In this document: positions 1-9,502 of the stretch, piece after piece
Numbering within the stretch: the first letter of the stretch is position 1
Layout: every line of letters begins with the position of its first letter
Source of the DNA: an uncultured Gammaproteobacteria bacterium
GTDB taxonomy: Bacteria; Pseudomonadota; Gammaproteobacteria; Arenicellales; JAANXG01
Length of the DNA stretch: 64,000 nt
Assembly: GCA_947259395.1 (NCBI GenBank)
Contig: CAMYMN010000005.1
Coordinates: 1,494 to 65,493 of the forward strand
Reading direction: 5' to 3'
The notes under the pieces: generated by a model
The model's input: only the letters and a program-made list of their open reading frames with translations
What the model was told of the DNA's origin: nothing
Database searches by the model: none
Program-made: the position numbers and the translations under genes

Positions 1-1157
1 CACGTTTTTATCTTGCCGGTGAATTGCCGACCGGCATCCCCGATGACGGACACCTTTGGCGGGTGGTCAAGTTCACCGATGACGACACACTCGAATTAAG
101 TGGTGGTGGTGCGGTGGTCGGCACGATTCCGCGGGGTCTACCGGAACTCAAAGCGCCGACCATCGACTTCGGCGTGGTGGCGCGATTGCTACCGGCAGCC
201 ATTACCATCGCCCTGCTCGGTTTCATGGAGGCGATCTCCATTGCCAAGGCCATGGCGACACGCACCAAGCAGCGTGTCGATGCCAATCAAGAACTCATCG
301 GTCAGGGTTTGGGGAATATCGTTGGCGGCCTGTTTCAGAGCTATCCGGTATCAGGATCATTTTCCCGCTCTGCGGTCAACATCGAAGCCGGTGCATTGAC
401 CGGATTTTCGTCGGTGGTCACCAGCCTGATCGTGGTGATCGTACTGTTGTGGCTGACACCACTGCTGTACCACCTACCGCAGGCGACGTTGGCGGCGGTG
501 ATCATGATGGCCGTGTTCGGGTTGATCAATGTGGGCATCTTCAAACACATCTGGAGAACCCAGCGTAGTGACGGCATCGTCGCGGTGATCACGTTCTTTT
601 TGACCCTGACCCTGGCGCCGCACCTGGATTACGGGATTCTCATGGGTGCGGCCATGGCGCTGGGGCTTTACCTGTTGCGCACCATGCGTCCGCGGGTGGT
701 GGTTTTAGGACGGTTCTGGGACGGCACGCTGCGCGATGCCGAGCTGTATACGCTCGAGACCTGTCCCAATATCTCGATGATACGTTTCGACGGCTCGCTG
801 TATTTCGCCAATACCAGCTACTTTGAAGACAAGATCCTAGAACGCAGCTCACAAAAACCGGATCTTAAATACGTCATCGTCGATGGGGAGGGCATCAACG
901 AGATTGATGCATCCGGCGAGGAAATGCTGTCATCCATGGTAGAACGCCTGGACGGGATCGGGGTGAAAGTGATCTTTACACAATTCAAACGCCAAGCCTA
1001 CGATGTACTGAAGCGCTCCGGCTTCATCGACAAGGTCGGTGAGGAATGCTTTTTTCGTCACGTGGATCACGCCCTGCGCCACGTCTGGCAGGAGCTGGGC
1101 GACGATCATGTCGATAGCTGCGCCCTCAACCCGCTACGCCAGGCGACGCAGGCTTGA
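1..1157 (+). CDS. SulP-family anion permease, C-terminal part with STAS domain; 5' end lies outside the window
   Basis: The frame is open from the window edge (the track start at 24 is an internal TTG). The translation carries a SulP signature region (NQELIGQGLGNIVGGLFQSYPVSGSFSRSAVN) and hydrophobic helices. It ends in a STAS-like tail (ISMIRFDGSLYFANTSYFEDKI ... VDGEGINEIDASGEEML). Confidence 0.85.
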   Translation, partial: RFYLAGELPTGIPDDGHLWRVVKFTDDDTLELSGGGAVVGTIPRGLPELKAPTIDFGVVARLLPAAITIALLGFMEAISIAKAMATRTKQRVDANQELIGQGLGNIVGGLFQSYPVSGSFSRSAVNIEAGALTGFSSVVTSLIVVIVLLWLTPLLYHLPQATLAAVIMMAVFGLINVGIFKHIWRTQRSDGIVAVITFFLTLTLAPHLDYGILMGAAMALGLYLLRTMRPRVVVLGRFWDGTLRDAELYTLETCPNISMIRFDGSLYFANTSYFEDKILERSSQKPDLKYVIVDGEGINEIDASGEEMLSSMVERLDGIGVKVIFTQFKRQAYDVLKRSGFIDKVGEECFFRHVDHALRHVWQELGDDHVDSCALNPLRQATQA

Positions 1158-1540
1158 GCCGCACATCGCGCTAAGGCCAGTCAACATCGAGAACGTTCGA
1201 CTTTGCTCGCCGAGAATAGATAGGTCGGTATAGTCCTCACCGAGTTGTGCAACCTGCACGTTGCCGAAGCGGGCCAAACGCGAACGACATTGCCGAACGT
1301 ACTTGGAAGACACATCCACCCCGCACACTTTGCCTACTTTGGGGGCCAATGCCTCCAGCAAATGCCCAGGCCCACAACCGATATCTAGATTTTATCTTCT
1401 ACGGAATAGTCCATGAGCTCCTTACTGTTTTCGAGAAATATGTTTACATGGTGGGCAAGAAACTCATCGTCAAACGTAGATTGATCAGACCAGAAACGGG
1501 CCCATACAGAGTTGTCCAGATCATTACCAGGTGTCGTCAC
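1134..1540 (-). pseudogene. Class I SAM-dependent methyltransferase, frameshifted and truncated
   Basis: On the minus strand one frame reads ...WARFWSDQSTFDDEFLAHHVNIFLENSKELMDYSVEDKI-stop. One base out of register the reading continues LDIGCGPGHLLEALAPKVGKVCGVDVS (SAM-binding motif I). The junction is at about 1385-1390. There is no ATG start, and the short atypical C-terminus overlaps the SulP stop. Confidence 0.6.
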
Positions 1541-1843
1541 AATCGATTTGCTGCGCGAAGCTCGTCAGTTATGCCTATGGAAGGATTCTTCAGTCTCAGA
1601 TGGACGAATTATATCAACGGGTCTGCAACGTCTCAGCGCAGAACCCTGAACTGCGTGGTAAGAATGACACACTATGCAAGTTGGTACACGCAACTCAGGT
1701 GTCTTCGTAGCCACAAAAACCGCTTCGGGTTCGCTGCGCGGGCTTTGGATATATGGGGTCGCGGTCCGATCCACAGGTGATCAAGCCGGACCGTTTCGCA
1801 GAACCGGTTTTTTTGATCCTGGGGCGCACTGGTATTTTACGTA

Positions 1844-2317
1844 TCAGTCATCAGATGGAGAATACGGCAACGATGAATGCTGCAGAACGATTTTTACTTC
1901 GCCGTCCTCCGTTTTAACGTACCCGAAGGAATATTCGACCTTAATCTCTTGTCCCTCTGCGTCGGTAAAAAAGTAATTGCCCATACACAGCGCAGTGTCT
2001 CCATGCAGCCACATGCCATCGTTTTCGAATCGCACATTGGTCCAAGGACGCAAGGCAAAGCCCTTGTCCTCTGGACACACGCCGTTTTCACCGATGAAGT
2101 ACGATTCCGCCTCCGGTACCGTACTGCGGAATTGTTTCTCCGATGCTAAGGTGGGCTTGAACAACACGCCGTCCAAATCGTACGCATAAAGTTGTCGTAT
2201 GTGGTCTTTTGCACGTTGTACGTAATCTTGTCCTTCGGCGAATGCTCTACCTATGGCAACAATACCGTCTCCCCAGGCATTCTGGGCTTCAATAACTTCA
2301 TCACGATTGATGGACAT
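1844..2317 (-). CDS. Small soluble protein, NTF2-like/SnoaL-like fold suspected (function unknown)
   Basis: An internal ATG at 2317 (MSINRDEVIEAQNAWGDG...) is preceded by AAGGAG at good spacing. The upstream part of the 220-aa track ORF looks non-coding. The fold assignment is from memory of similar sequences only. Confidence 0.6.
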   Translation of the reverse strand: MSINRDEVIEAQNAWGDGIVAIGRAFAEGQDYVQRAKDHIRQLYAYDLDGVLFKPTLASEKQFRSTVPEAESYFIGENGVCPEDKGFALRPWTNVRFENDGMWLHGDTALCMGNYFFTDAEGQEIKVEYSFGYVKTEDGEVKIVLQHSSLPYSPSDD

Positions 2318-2599
2318 CCAAAACTCCTTGCGATAATGAATGAGTGAGCAACACGCCACGCAGGCGTCTTGTACAATAAACTCAAGAACTAAGTTCGACC
2401 ATGGTATAAGGCGGTAATCTATGTCAACACATCTGCCCACTCCCGGATTGGGCCCCGACAACTGCCATCGTCGCGGTAGATTTCGATTGACGCTGCCTCT
2501 AGCCACTGGTTTACCGCTTATACCCCCTTCAGCAACGGATTCACCGCACGATCTGACACAGCGTTGATTCTCAGTCCGGCAAAACTCGGTGAGTTTATG

Positions 2600-2902
2600 T
2601 CATAGTCTTAAGTCCGCTATCAACCGGCGGATGCAGTCATGTTCTATCACCGGAGCCGAATCATGCAGTGCCATGACATGATCGTTTCCGACTCCCAGCT
2701 CTGCCAGTGAAAAGATGGATCGCGACATAAAGTCAGTGTCCTTCACCAGGGTGTTCCAAAGCAAGTCAGTGCGCATCTGTAGCGCCGCTAGTGCGCTGGA
2801 ATTGTCCGCGCAGGCGGCATGCCATGCGTCGGTGTCGTCCACCAACGGGGTCAATACCGGGACGACCAATCCGTGTAGACGCTGGTTTTTGCCCATATTC
2901 AC
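2600..2902 (-). CDS. Hypothetical protein (100 aa)
   Basis: Open frame with a GTG/ATG start and no clear Shine-Dalgarno. No recognisable motifs. It sits 80 bp downstream of the dienelactone hydrolase gene. Confidence 0.35.
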   Translation of the reverse strand: MNMGKNQRLHGLVVPVLTPLVDDTDAWHAACADNSSALAALQMRTDLLWNTLVKDTDFMSRSIFSLAELGVGNDHVMALHDSAPVIEHDCIRRLIADLRL

Positions 2903-2982
2903 AGTTGCGGGTAAAGAAGCCTTGGCATGGTCTGGTCAACTCCGAAGCCGGCGCCGCAACGAACCCGGATGCACAACCTCCC

Positions 2983-3696
2983 CTATGCATTTACCAAGAA
3001 GCGATCCAAGAACTCCCGGGTTCTCGTCCACGAGGCCGCTGCGACATCCTTACGATAGCGCTCGGCACTGAGAAAGTTCATGAACGCATGACCGGCACCG
3101 GCATAGGAATAAAACTCGTGGCGCTTGTGGTGGCGGGTGAGTTCGTCGTCTAGTAGACGCATATCATCCGGTGAAGGATTCGTGTCCTCGGCACCGAAGT
3201 GAAACATCAGTGGGCACCGGATCTCGCCGGTCTGGGCAAACGGCGCAGCGACATCCCGGCCCCACGGGACCATGATGTTACCGCCGTAATAGGCGACCGC
3301 GGCCCGAAAATGGGGATTCACCGCGGCCATGAGATACACCACACGGCCTCCCATACAAAAACCAATAATGCCAAGCTGCGCGCTTCGGACTGCCGCATGC
3401 CGCTGTAGGAAATCCACACTGGCGTTCACATCCGCAATAATTTCTCGATCATCGAGCTGCTTTCGCTTGTCGACGCCGTTCATCATCGGATCGAGACGAT
3501 GATACAAATCCGGGGCCACCGCCGCGAAACCGGCCTCCGTCAAACGATGCACCATGGCATGCACGAACCCGTCCACACCAGGCGCGTGTTGAATCACCAC
3601 AATCCCGGGAAATGGTCCATCCCCCTCCGGTATGGCGAGGTAAAGCGCCATGCCGTGGTTATCCACATCAATCGTCATGGTTGCGGCTTGCATCAA
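2983..3696 (-). CDS. Dienelactone hydrolase family protein
   Basis: GFCMGG nucleophile elbow (G-x-C-x-G), alpha/beta-hydrolase layout, and a C-terminal AGHAF histidine motif typical of DLH-family enzymes. Confidence 0.9.
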   Translation of the reverse strand: MMQAATMTIDVDNHGMALYLAIPEGDGPFPGIVVIQHAPGVDGFVHAMVHRLTEAGFAAVAPDLYHRLDPMMNGVDKRKQLDDREIIADVNASVDFLQRHAAVRSAQLGIIGFCMGGRVVYLMAAVNPHFRAAVAYYGGNIMVPWGRDVAAPFAQTGEIRCPLMFHFGAEDTNPSPDDMRLLDDELTRHHKRHEFYSYAGAGHAFMNFLSAERYRKDVAAASWTRTREFLDRFLVNA

Positions 3697-3856
3697 GGCT
3701 TCTCGTGTCTTTTTTTGGTGTGCCGTACTCCGGCGTTCATGGCCTACGAGCCTGCTCAGCCGGAACAGTGCTTGACAACGTCGCGTTTGCCCAACATTTG
3801 CTCAATTAACAATATATCATCATGACTCGAGCCGTAAACGTCATTAGCACAACCGT

Positions 3857-4801
3857 TTGAATACCGTTATTAATATCGCCGGTCCCATCTTTGGCATCGG
3901 TCTGTTGGGTTATGTTGCCGCCCGGCGGGGCTGGTTTTCGGCCAAAGCCGCCGAAGGGCTGGCGCTCTTTGTTTTTGATTGGGCGGTACCGATCATGCTG
4001 GTGCGGGTGTTCGCCTCCGCCCCTCTGCCGGAGAGTTTCCCGTGGAAACTATTGGCCGCCTTCTATGTGCCGGCCTGCTTTTTTTACGCGTTGGGCATGT
4101 TTGTCGCCAACAGATACTTCCAACGCCACTACCTCGATCAAGTTATCACTGGCTTTGCCTATACGTTTGGAAACTCGGTATTGCTTGGCTTACCGTTGAT
4201 ACTGCTGACGTTCGGTGAGGCGGGCACGGTTCCGTTTTTCATCTTGTTGTCTTTGCATGGATTATCGTATTTGTCCGCAACAACCATCTTGATGGAATTG
4301 GGCCGCAACCGCGCACAATCGATTACCAAGCTGATCTCCGGGACCGTGAAGGGATTCATCAGCAATCCGATCATCCTTGGCCTGATTACCGGCCTGATAC
4401 TCAATCAACTACAGATCACGCTCCCCGGCCCACTCGACAAGATCGCCGAATATATGCAAATGGCGGTCATGCCCTGCGCACTATTTTCGCTGGGTGCCGC
4501 ATTGAATGCATATGGCATCGTGGGTCAGTTGAGCCAATCCGTGGTTGCGGTTTTGGTCAAAAACATCGCTTTTCCCGCGCTCGTGTGGGTGCTGTCGGTG
4601 TATGTACTCGAACTGCCGACGGTGTGGGCGATGATCGCAACACTGCTGGCGGCGCAACCTGCCGGCATAAATATCTATTTGTTTGCACAGCGCTATCAGG
4701 CCGCCCAAGCCTTGGCAACCACCACGGTTTTTCTGTCTAACGTGGTGGGCATCGCGACGCTCACGGTGTTACTTTTGATATTCGAAAAGATTGGTTGGTA
4801 G
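3857..4801 (+). CDS. AEC (auxin efflux carrier) family permease
   Basis: TTG start. About 10 predicted TM helices with a two-half layout. The N-terminus MNTVINIAGPIFGIGLLGY and overall composition match the AEC/membrane transport protein family. Confidence 0.8.
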   Translation: MNTVINIAGPIFGIGLLGYVAARRGWFSAKAAEGLALFVFDWAVPIMLVRVFASAPLPESFPWKLLAAFYVPACFFYALGMFVANRYFQRHYLDQVITGFAYTFGNSVLLGLPLILLTFGEAGTVPFFILLSLHGLSYLSATTILMELGRNRAQSITKLISGTVKGFISNPIILGLITGLILNQLQITLPGPLDKIAEYMQMAVMPCALFSLGAALNAYGIVGQLSQSVVAVLVKNIAFPALVWVLSVYVLELPTVWAMIATLLAAQPAGINIYLFAQRYQAAQALATTTVFLSNVVGIATLTVLLLIFEKIGW

Positions 4802-4844
4802 AAAAAGTAACGACACATCGCTTGCATAGCGTTTACCCCGTGTT

Positions 4845-6170
4845 TCATGTCAACCATGCGTAGAGATGCAGCAATATGGCGCTGAGTATTAACATGAACA
4901 AACAATAACTCAGATTCCAGCGGAAAAACCGCCAACTCTCTATCCCGTAACGCCCCTGTATCGTGAGATGCGTAGCAGAAAGTGGACTGCTGGCAACGCC
5001 TATCCCCCAGGTCATGAGAAACACCATCGCCAATAGCGTTGGATCCGGATGGATGGGCGTCAACCACGTGGCCACGGCAGTCACCGAGATGATCGGGTGT
5101 ATACCCATCGCCGCCAGACCAACCATCCCTATCAGGCTTATGGTCGCAGTGGTTCCGGTGAACGCCGCAAAGGGAAGGCGGTCATCGAAGCTGGCGAACA
5201 CACTCGACAGCCCGACGGCCAACACCCCTGCAGCAAGAAATAACAGTAACTCCACGGACATCTCCGGGAGGTGCAGGTTAACGTGTTGGCGCACTTCCGC
5301 TAACGCCCGGCGACAACCGCGGCGGTGCCCGAAAACGACAAACGTGAGCAGCGGGGAAAGCAGGCTGATGACCGTTAATACCGACCAATGCGGTAGAAAA
5401 ACGTGGGTGAGTAACACACAAGCCGCCAACAGGCCAGGTAGCCAAAGGCTCTGAAAATGGATCGGATAGCCACTGAATGCGGCCAGGCGTGAAGGATCGG
5501 TAACCAAGGCTTCAGCGTAGGTGTACGCCAGACCGGCGAGCGCCAAGGGCAGACCGACGGCAACCAGAATCGGCAACTCCGCCCCCGGCGAGTAGGTCAA
5601 CACCACGGCCATCCCTGCGAAGAATGTTGACCACAGCGCCGCAGAGGAAAATCCGCGAGACACGAGAATTGCGGTGCGCTTGTCGAACGTGCCTTGCCGG
5701 GCAAGACGATCACCGATGATCACCACCGCAGACAAATTGATAGCAGCACCGAACAGATGGATCCCAACGAGCGTGCGAAGATAGGCGTGTCCACCACGCG
5801 GCGGCGCCTCTTTCTGACTGGCATCGGGCATACTCACCAGTCGCAGGAAGCTCACCGCGGCCAACATCGACAGCAGCGCATGGTTCTGATCGATCAACGC
5901 CACAACATCCACCGGAGCACCGTTGTACCAACCCCAGAACAGACCTACCAAGCCCAAGGACGCTAGGACCCCAACCTGTACACGCTGCCGGCGCGGCGTG
6001 CGGACCCAGAGCAACACACCCGCCAGCCACGCCGACAACCCGGACGGCCAGGCTGGGAACACGGGCCACACGCCATGAATGACCGCAAACACGATCATCA
6101 ACGCCAGCAAAGGACCGGCGAGGATTCTGTAGGTATACATCAAATGAAGACGCTCACGCCGCAGGTCCAA
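4845..6170 (-). CDS. Polytopic integral membrane protein, function unknown
   Basis: 441 aa, almost entirely hydrophobic helices with positive-inside loops. No family-specific motif recognised. Confidence 0.7.
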   Translation of the reverse strand: MDLRRERLHLMYTYRILAGPLLALMIVFAVIHGVWPVFPAWPSGLSAWLAGVLLWVRTPRRQRVQVGVLASLGLVGLFWGWYNGAPVDVVALIDQNHALLSMLAAVSFLRLVSMPDASQKEAPPRGGHAYLRTLVGIHLFGAAINLSAVVIIGDRLARQGTFDKRTAILVSRGFSSAALWSTFFAGMAVVLTYSPGAELPILVAVGLPLALAGLAYTYAEALVTDPSRLAAFSGYPIHFQSLWLPGLLAACVLLTHVFLPHWSVLTVISLLSPLLTFVVFGHRRGCRRALAEVRQHVNLHLPEMSVELLLFLAAGVLAVGLSSVFASFDDRLPFAAFTGTTATISLIGMVGLAAMGIHPIISVTAVATWLTPIHPDPTLLAMVFLMTWGIGVASSPLSATHLTIQGRYGIESWRFFRWNLSYCLFMLILSAILLHLYAWLT

Positions 6171-6363
6171 TTACTCGAGTGATATAAGAATCGGTGGGAA
6201 CACCGCGTCCGGTGATGTTATAAACTTTTCTAAGTCCGATCAGTTGGGGGTTCGTAATCCATGATCGCTAAAGAACAAAAACGCTGATTCGAACGTTATG
6301 CTAATCAAACCAAGGTGGTGAGTCACGTACGGAACAGCCGTCTAGCCCAACTACTTGTCAACG

Positions 6364-9300
6364 CTAGGTGTTCTTGGGGTGGGCTTTGTTGACACGACCG
6401 GAGGTTGTTGTGTCCGGTTTCCTAGGATTTTGGGCGTGGTCGAAGACCGACAACGAATCCAAGGCCTGATGCAAAATAGTCACCGCCTGGTTGCGTTCTT
6501 CGGTAGACATCGCATGCATATTAAGATCAAGATTTAAGTTGGCGTGATGTTCACGGATGAAATGATGGTCATCGCGAAGATTGTCATGTAAATCCACCAC
6601 CTGATACGTGACAATCGGGTAGGCAATGCCTTTTACGTTGATCTCGCCATGCTTCTCGCAGTGGATCTGGTCTTTGACGAGTGCATAGGTCTCATAGGAG
6701 ATGAGAATCCCACCAGGTGTTGCTGCGGACTCTAGCCGCGCAGCAAGATTCACACCGCCGCCAATAATCGTGTAATCCATCCGATCTTCACTGCCAAAAT
6801 TACCGACTGTGCAGAATCCGGTGTTTATACCGGTCCTGCAACGCAATGGATTACCGACACCTGAGGCCCGCCATACATCCTGTAGTTCGTGCATCCTTTT
6901 GCGCATTGCAATTGCCATTTTGACGCATGCGAGCGCGTCTTCTTTGATGCCCCGACTTTCCGGATCGCCAAAGAATATAACGATGGCGTCACCCACATAT
7001 TTATCGATCGTGGCGCCGTGCGCCAAAGCGATTTGGGACATCTCCGTAAGATACTGATTCAGTAATTCGGTTAGCTCCTCGGACTCCAATCGGTCTGCGG
7101 TTTCCGTAAATCCTACAATATCCGAGAAAAAGATCGTCAGTTTCTTACGCTGGCTAGCAAGCTTGACCTCTTGACTACCGCGAAATATTGAGTCATACAC
7201 TTGTGGCGATAAGTATTTCGCCAGTTGATTGGATAACTGCTCGAGAGAATTCGATTTTTGGGCAAGCTCTGCCTCGCGCTGTTTTAGTTCTGTGACCTCA
7301 GAGTAGACGGCTACCGTGCCGCCGTCTTCCGTTTTGCGTTCGCTAACCAGAATCCAACGATCGTCAGCCCGGCATTGCAGGTGGGGTTCGTCGCTCGGCT
7401 CGCGGTGACGCGCTAAGCGTTCTTCGAGCCACTCCTCAACACGGTTCTGTGCGTCCTTGATGTACCCGCGTTCAGCGGCATAGCGCACAATGTCTTCAAA
7501 GGTCATGCCGGGGGTGATCTCCTCGGTACCTCCGGGATACAACAGCGCTTGATACTTGCTGTTGCACACCACCAGGCGGTCTTGACTGTCATACAGCGAG
7601 AAACCTTCGGAGATACTCTCGATCGCATCCATTAATCGGCGGCGAGTCTCGCGAATTTCCACGAGGTTCGATTTCTGAACCTCGATCGCCGTGTCGCGGA
7701 ACACGCCGAGCGCCTGGGCCATGCGACCGATCTCATCGCTGCGTTCCCGGAACGGAATATCAACCGACGTATCGCCTGCCGCTAGATCGGCCATAGCTTC
7801 GGTGATGCTCTCCAGTGGCCTGACAATACGGGGCCCAACGTAGTACAGGATGACGAACAGAGCACCGGTCACGCTTGCAGCCGTTATCAGCATCATAATC
7901 AGCTTGCCATATTCAATCGTTTCCGCGGCGCGGACTGCGGCCTCATCGCTACCTTGCTGAGCAGCCTTTACCAGTTCTGCAACCTGCTCGCTGAGCCGGA
8001 TAGAAAGCACGCGGCTAGCTTTCAACGACCGCTGGGCGACTGCGGTCTGGTCCAATTCCGCGTGACGCAATTCAAAAATGTTTCCGTCGGCCCGGCCGAC
8101 ATCGATAAGCGCCTGCGGCACCCTTCGCAGCACACCTCCGCCCACGGAATCGGGAATCTGGAAGAGCGTCTTCTCCATCTGCCCTGCGGCGGCAATAAAG
8201 CGTTCACGAACCGGTTGCAGCATAGTCGCGTCCCTCACCCCAGCCGCCTCGGCAAGCAATCCCGCCGCAAGATTGCCTTCGGCTCGCAGGGTAAGCAGCG
8301 TATGCAGGGTGTTGGCGCCGCCCTCGATGAGATTGTTGATCGACTCGGTACTTTGCGCGGTCAGTTCCTCGGCGTTCAACACCAGGTCAAACGTTGCGTC
8401 GTCCACGAGTGGAGCCAAGGTCGCAAGGACGGTCTCATGCGTTTCCTTAATTCTCTGCGTCATCCTATCACTGCTGACTTGTGCCGAACCCTGAAAAGAT
8501 GCGCTCCCCAATAATTCGCTTGCGCGTGCGTCAAAAATGTTTTTACCGCCAGTACCAAAGGCAAGCAAAGCGTCGATACCATGTTGAAGCTTCTGCCATT
8601 TTGGCAAATCGGTAAGTTGACGCAGATTGCTCCGAATTCGTGCCGCAACAGCAACGAACTGTTCGCGGATAGGCTGGATCAACACGGGATCCGAAACGTT
8701 TGCAGCTTCGGCAAGCAGTCCCGCGGCGAGGTTGGCTTCGGCATTGATCGTAAGTAAGGGATGAATCGTATTGATACCGCCTTGGATGAGGTCGGTGATA
8801 GCCTTGGTGCTTTGCGCCGTCACATCTTCGCCACTGATTATCAAATTGAATTGTGCGTCGTCGACCAATGGTTCTAAGGCATCAAGGAAACTCTGGTGCA
8901 CCTGAGCCAGAGAGGCTACTGCCGCCTCCCGTTGGGCCTCGAGCTGCAATCTGTTGTCAACGGCGGTATTGAGCGCGTTTAGCGCCGCCGATATTTTTTG
9001 GTGGGTTTCCGCAAGCTTGTTGACCTTATCTGTCGGAATCCCGCTTGTTTTGAGAGATCGCGTCAATTCAGCCAACTCCAACACCTTTTCTTCCAGATTT
9101 GCTTGTTCCGATATACGCTCATACCGGTCTGCACTGGCCATAAGAGCTGGCGCGATTGCTGAAATCTCGGCGCTTTTCTCGGCAAGTTTAAGGGAAGCCG
9201 CCATGGTGGGTACGGTTTCGGCAGTGATTCGCGACACCGAGCGATCAATCAGGAAGAAAACGTACACAGCGACTGCGCTTGCAACGGCGGTCAATGCAGC

Positions 9301-9417
9301 GAGCGTGCACAGTGTTAACAACAACTTCGTTTTTATGCCGAACAGAACGTTGCGCTCGTCTCGTTGCTCGGCTGCATCGTCGGCTGTCGAAGTAAACGGT
9401 GCGGGATTAGCATCCAT
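6364..9417 (-). CDS. Membrane-bound class III adenylate/guanylate cyclase: TM - duplicated helical periplasmic sensor - TM - HAMP - PAS - coiled coil - cyclase domain
   Basis: TM1 is LLLTLCTLAALTAVASAVAVYVFFL and TM2 is LIMMLITAASVTGALFVILYYV. HAMP: PLESITEAMADLAAGDTSVDIPFRERSDEIGRMAQAL. PAS-like: RLMDAIESISEGFSLYDSQDRLVVCNSKY. Cyclase core: LTIFFSDIVGFTE ... KYVGDAIVIFFGDPE ... RTGINTGFCTVGNFGS ... DYTIIGGGVNLAARLES. Confidence 0.9.
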   Translation of the reverse strand: MDANPAPFTSTADDAAEQRDERNVLFGIKTKLLLTLCTLAALTAVASAVAVYVFFLIDRSVSRITAETVPTMAASLKLAEKSAEISAIAPALMASADRYERISEQANLEEKVLELAELTRSLKTSGIPTDKVNKLAETHQKISAALNALNTAVDNRLQLEAQREAAVASLAQVHQSFLDALEPLVDDAQFNLIISGEDVTAQSTKAITDLIQGGINTIHPLLTINAEANLAAGLLAEAANVSDPVLIQPIREQFVAVAARIRSNLRQLTDLPKWQKLQHGIDALLAFGTGGKNIFDARASELLGSASFQGSAQVSSDRMTQRIKETHETVLATLAPLVDDATFDLVLNAEELTAQSTESINNLIEGGANTLHTLLTLRAEGNLAAGLLAEAAGVRDATMLQPVRERFIAAAGQMEKTLFQIPDSVGGGVLRRVPQALIDVGRADGNIFELRHAELDQTAVAQRSLKASRVLSIRLSEQVAELVKAAQQGSDEAAVRAAETIEYGKLIMMLITAASVTGALFVILYYVGPRIVRPLESITEAMADLAAGDTSVDIPFRERSDEIGRMAQALGVFRDTAIEVQKSNLVEIRETRRRLMDAIESISEGFSLYDSQDRLVVCNSKYQALLYPGGTEEITPGMTFEDIVRYAAERGYIKDAQNRVEEWLEERLARHREPSDEPHLQCRADDRWILVSERKTEDGGTVAVYSEVTELKQREAELAQKSNSLEQLSNQLAKYLSPQVYDSIFRGSQEVKLASQRKKLTIFFSDIVGFTETADRLESEELTELLNQYLTEMSQIALAHGATIDKYVGDAIVIFFGDPESRGIKEDALACVKMAIAMRKRMHELQDVWRASGVGNPLRCRTGINTGFCTVGNFGSEDRMDYTIIGGGVNLAARLESAATPGGILISYETYALVKDQIHCEKHGEINVKGIAYPIVTYQVVDLHDNLRDDHHFIREHHANLNLDLNMHAMSTEERNQAVTILHQALDSLSVFDHAQNPRKPDTTTSGRVNKAHPKNT
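8044..8898 (-). repeat. Intragenic tandem duplication (two units of about 130 aa) inside the cyclase sensor domain
   Basis: Unit A: ALEPLVDDAQFNLIISGEDVTAQSTKAITDLIQGGINTIHPLLTINAEANLAAGLLAEAANVSDPVLIQPIREQF...GKNIFDARASEL. Unit B: TLAPLVDDATFDLVLNAEELTAQSTESINNLIEGGANTLHTLLTLRAEGNLAAGLLAEAAGVRDATMLQPVRERF...DGNIFELRHAEL. The similarity is also visible at DNA level (about 8250-8300 versus 8705-8760). Coordinates are approximate. Confidence 0.75.
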
Positions 9418-9502
9418 AATGGCTGATTTTGCCGATATTGATCATTTCGCAACCTGGATCAGTTTGAAAAAATCGTCGCGATTCCGCGTCCTATGGGCGA
9501 GG

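Noticed and set aside
1247-1780. 177-aa plus-strand ORF
   Set aside because: It spans the antisense of the methyltransferase pseudogene and adjacent non-coding DNA. It has no RBS or motifs.
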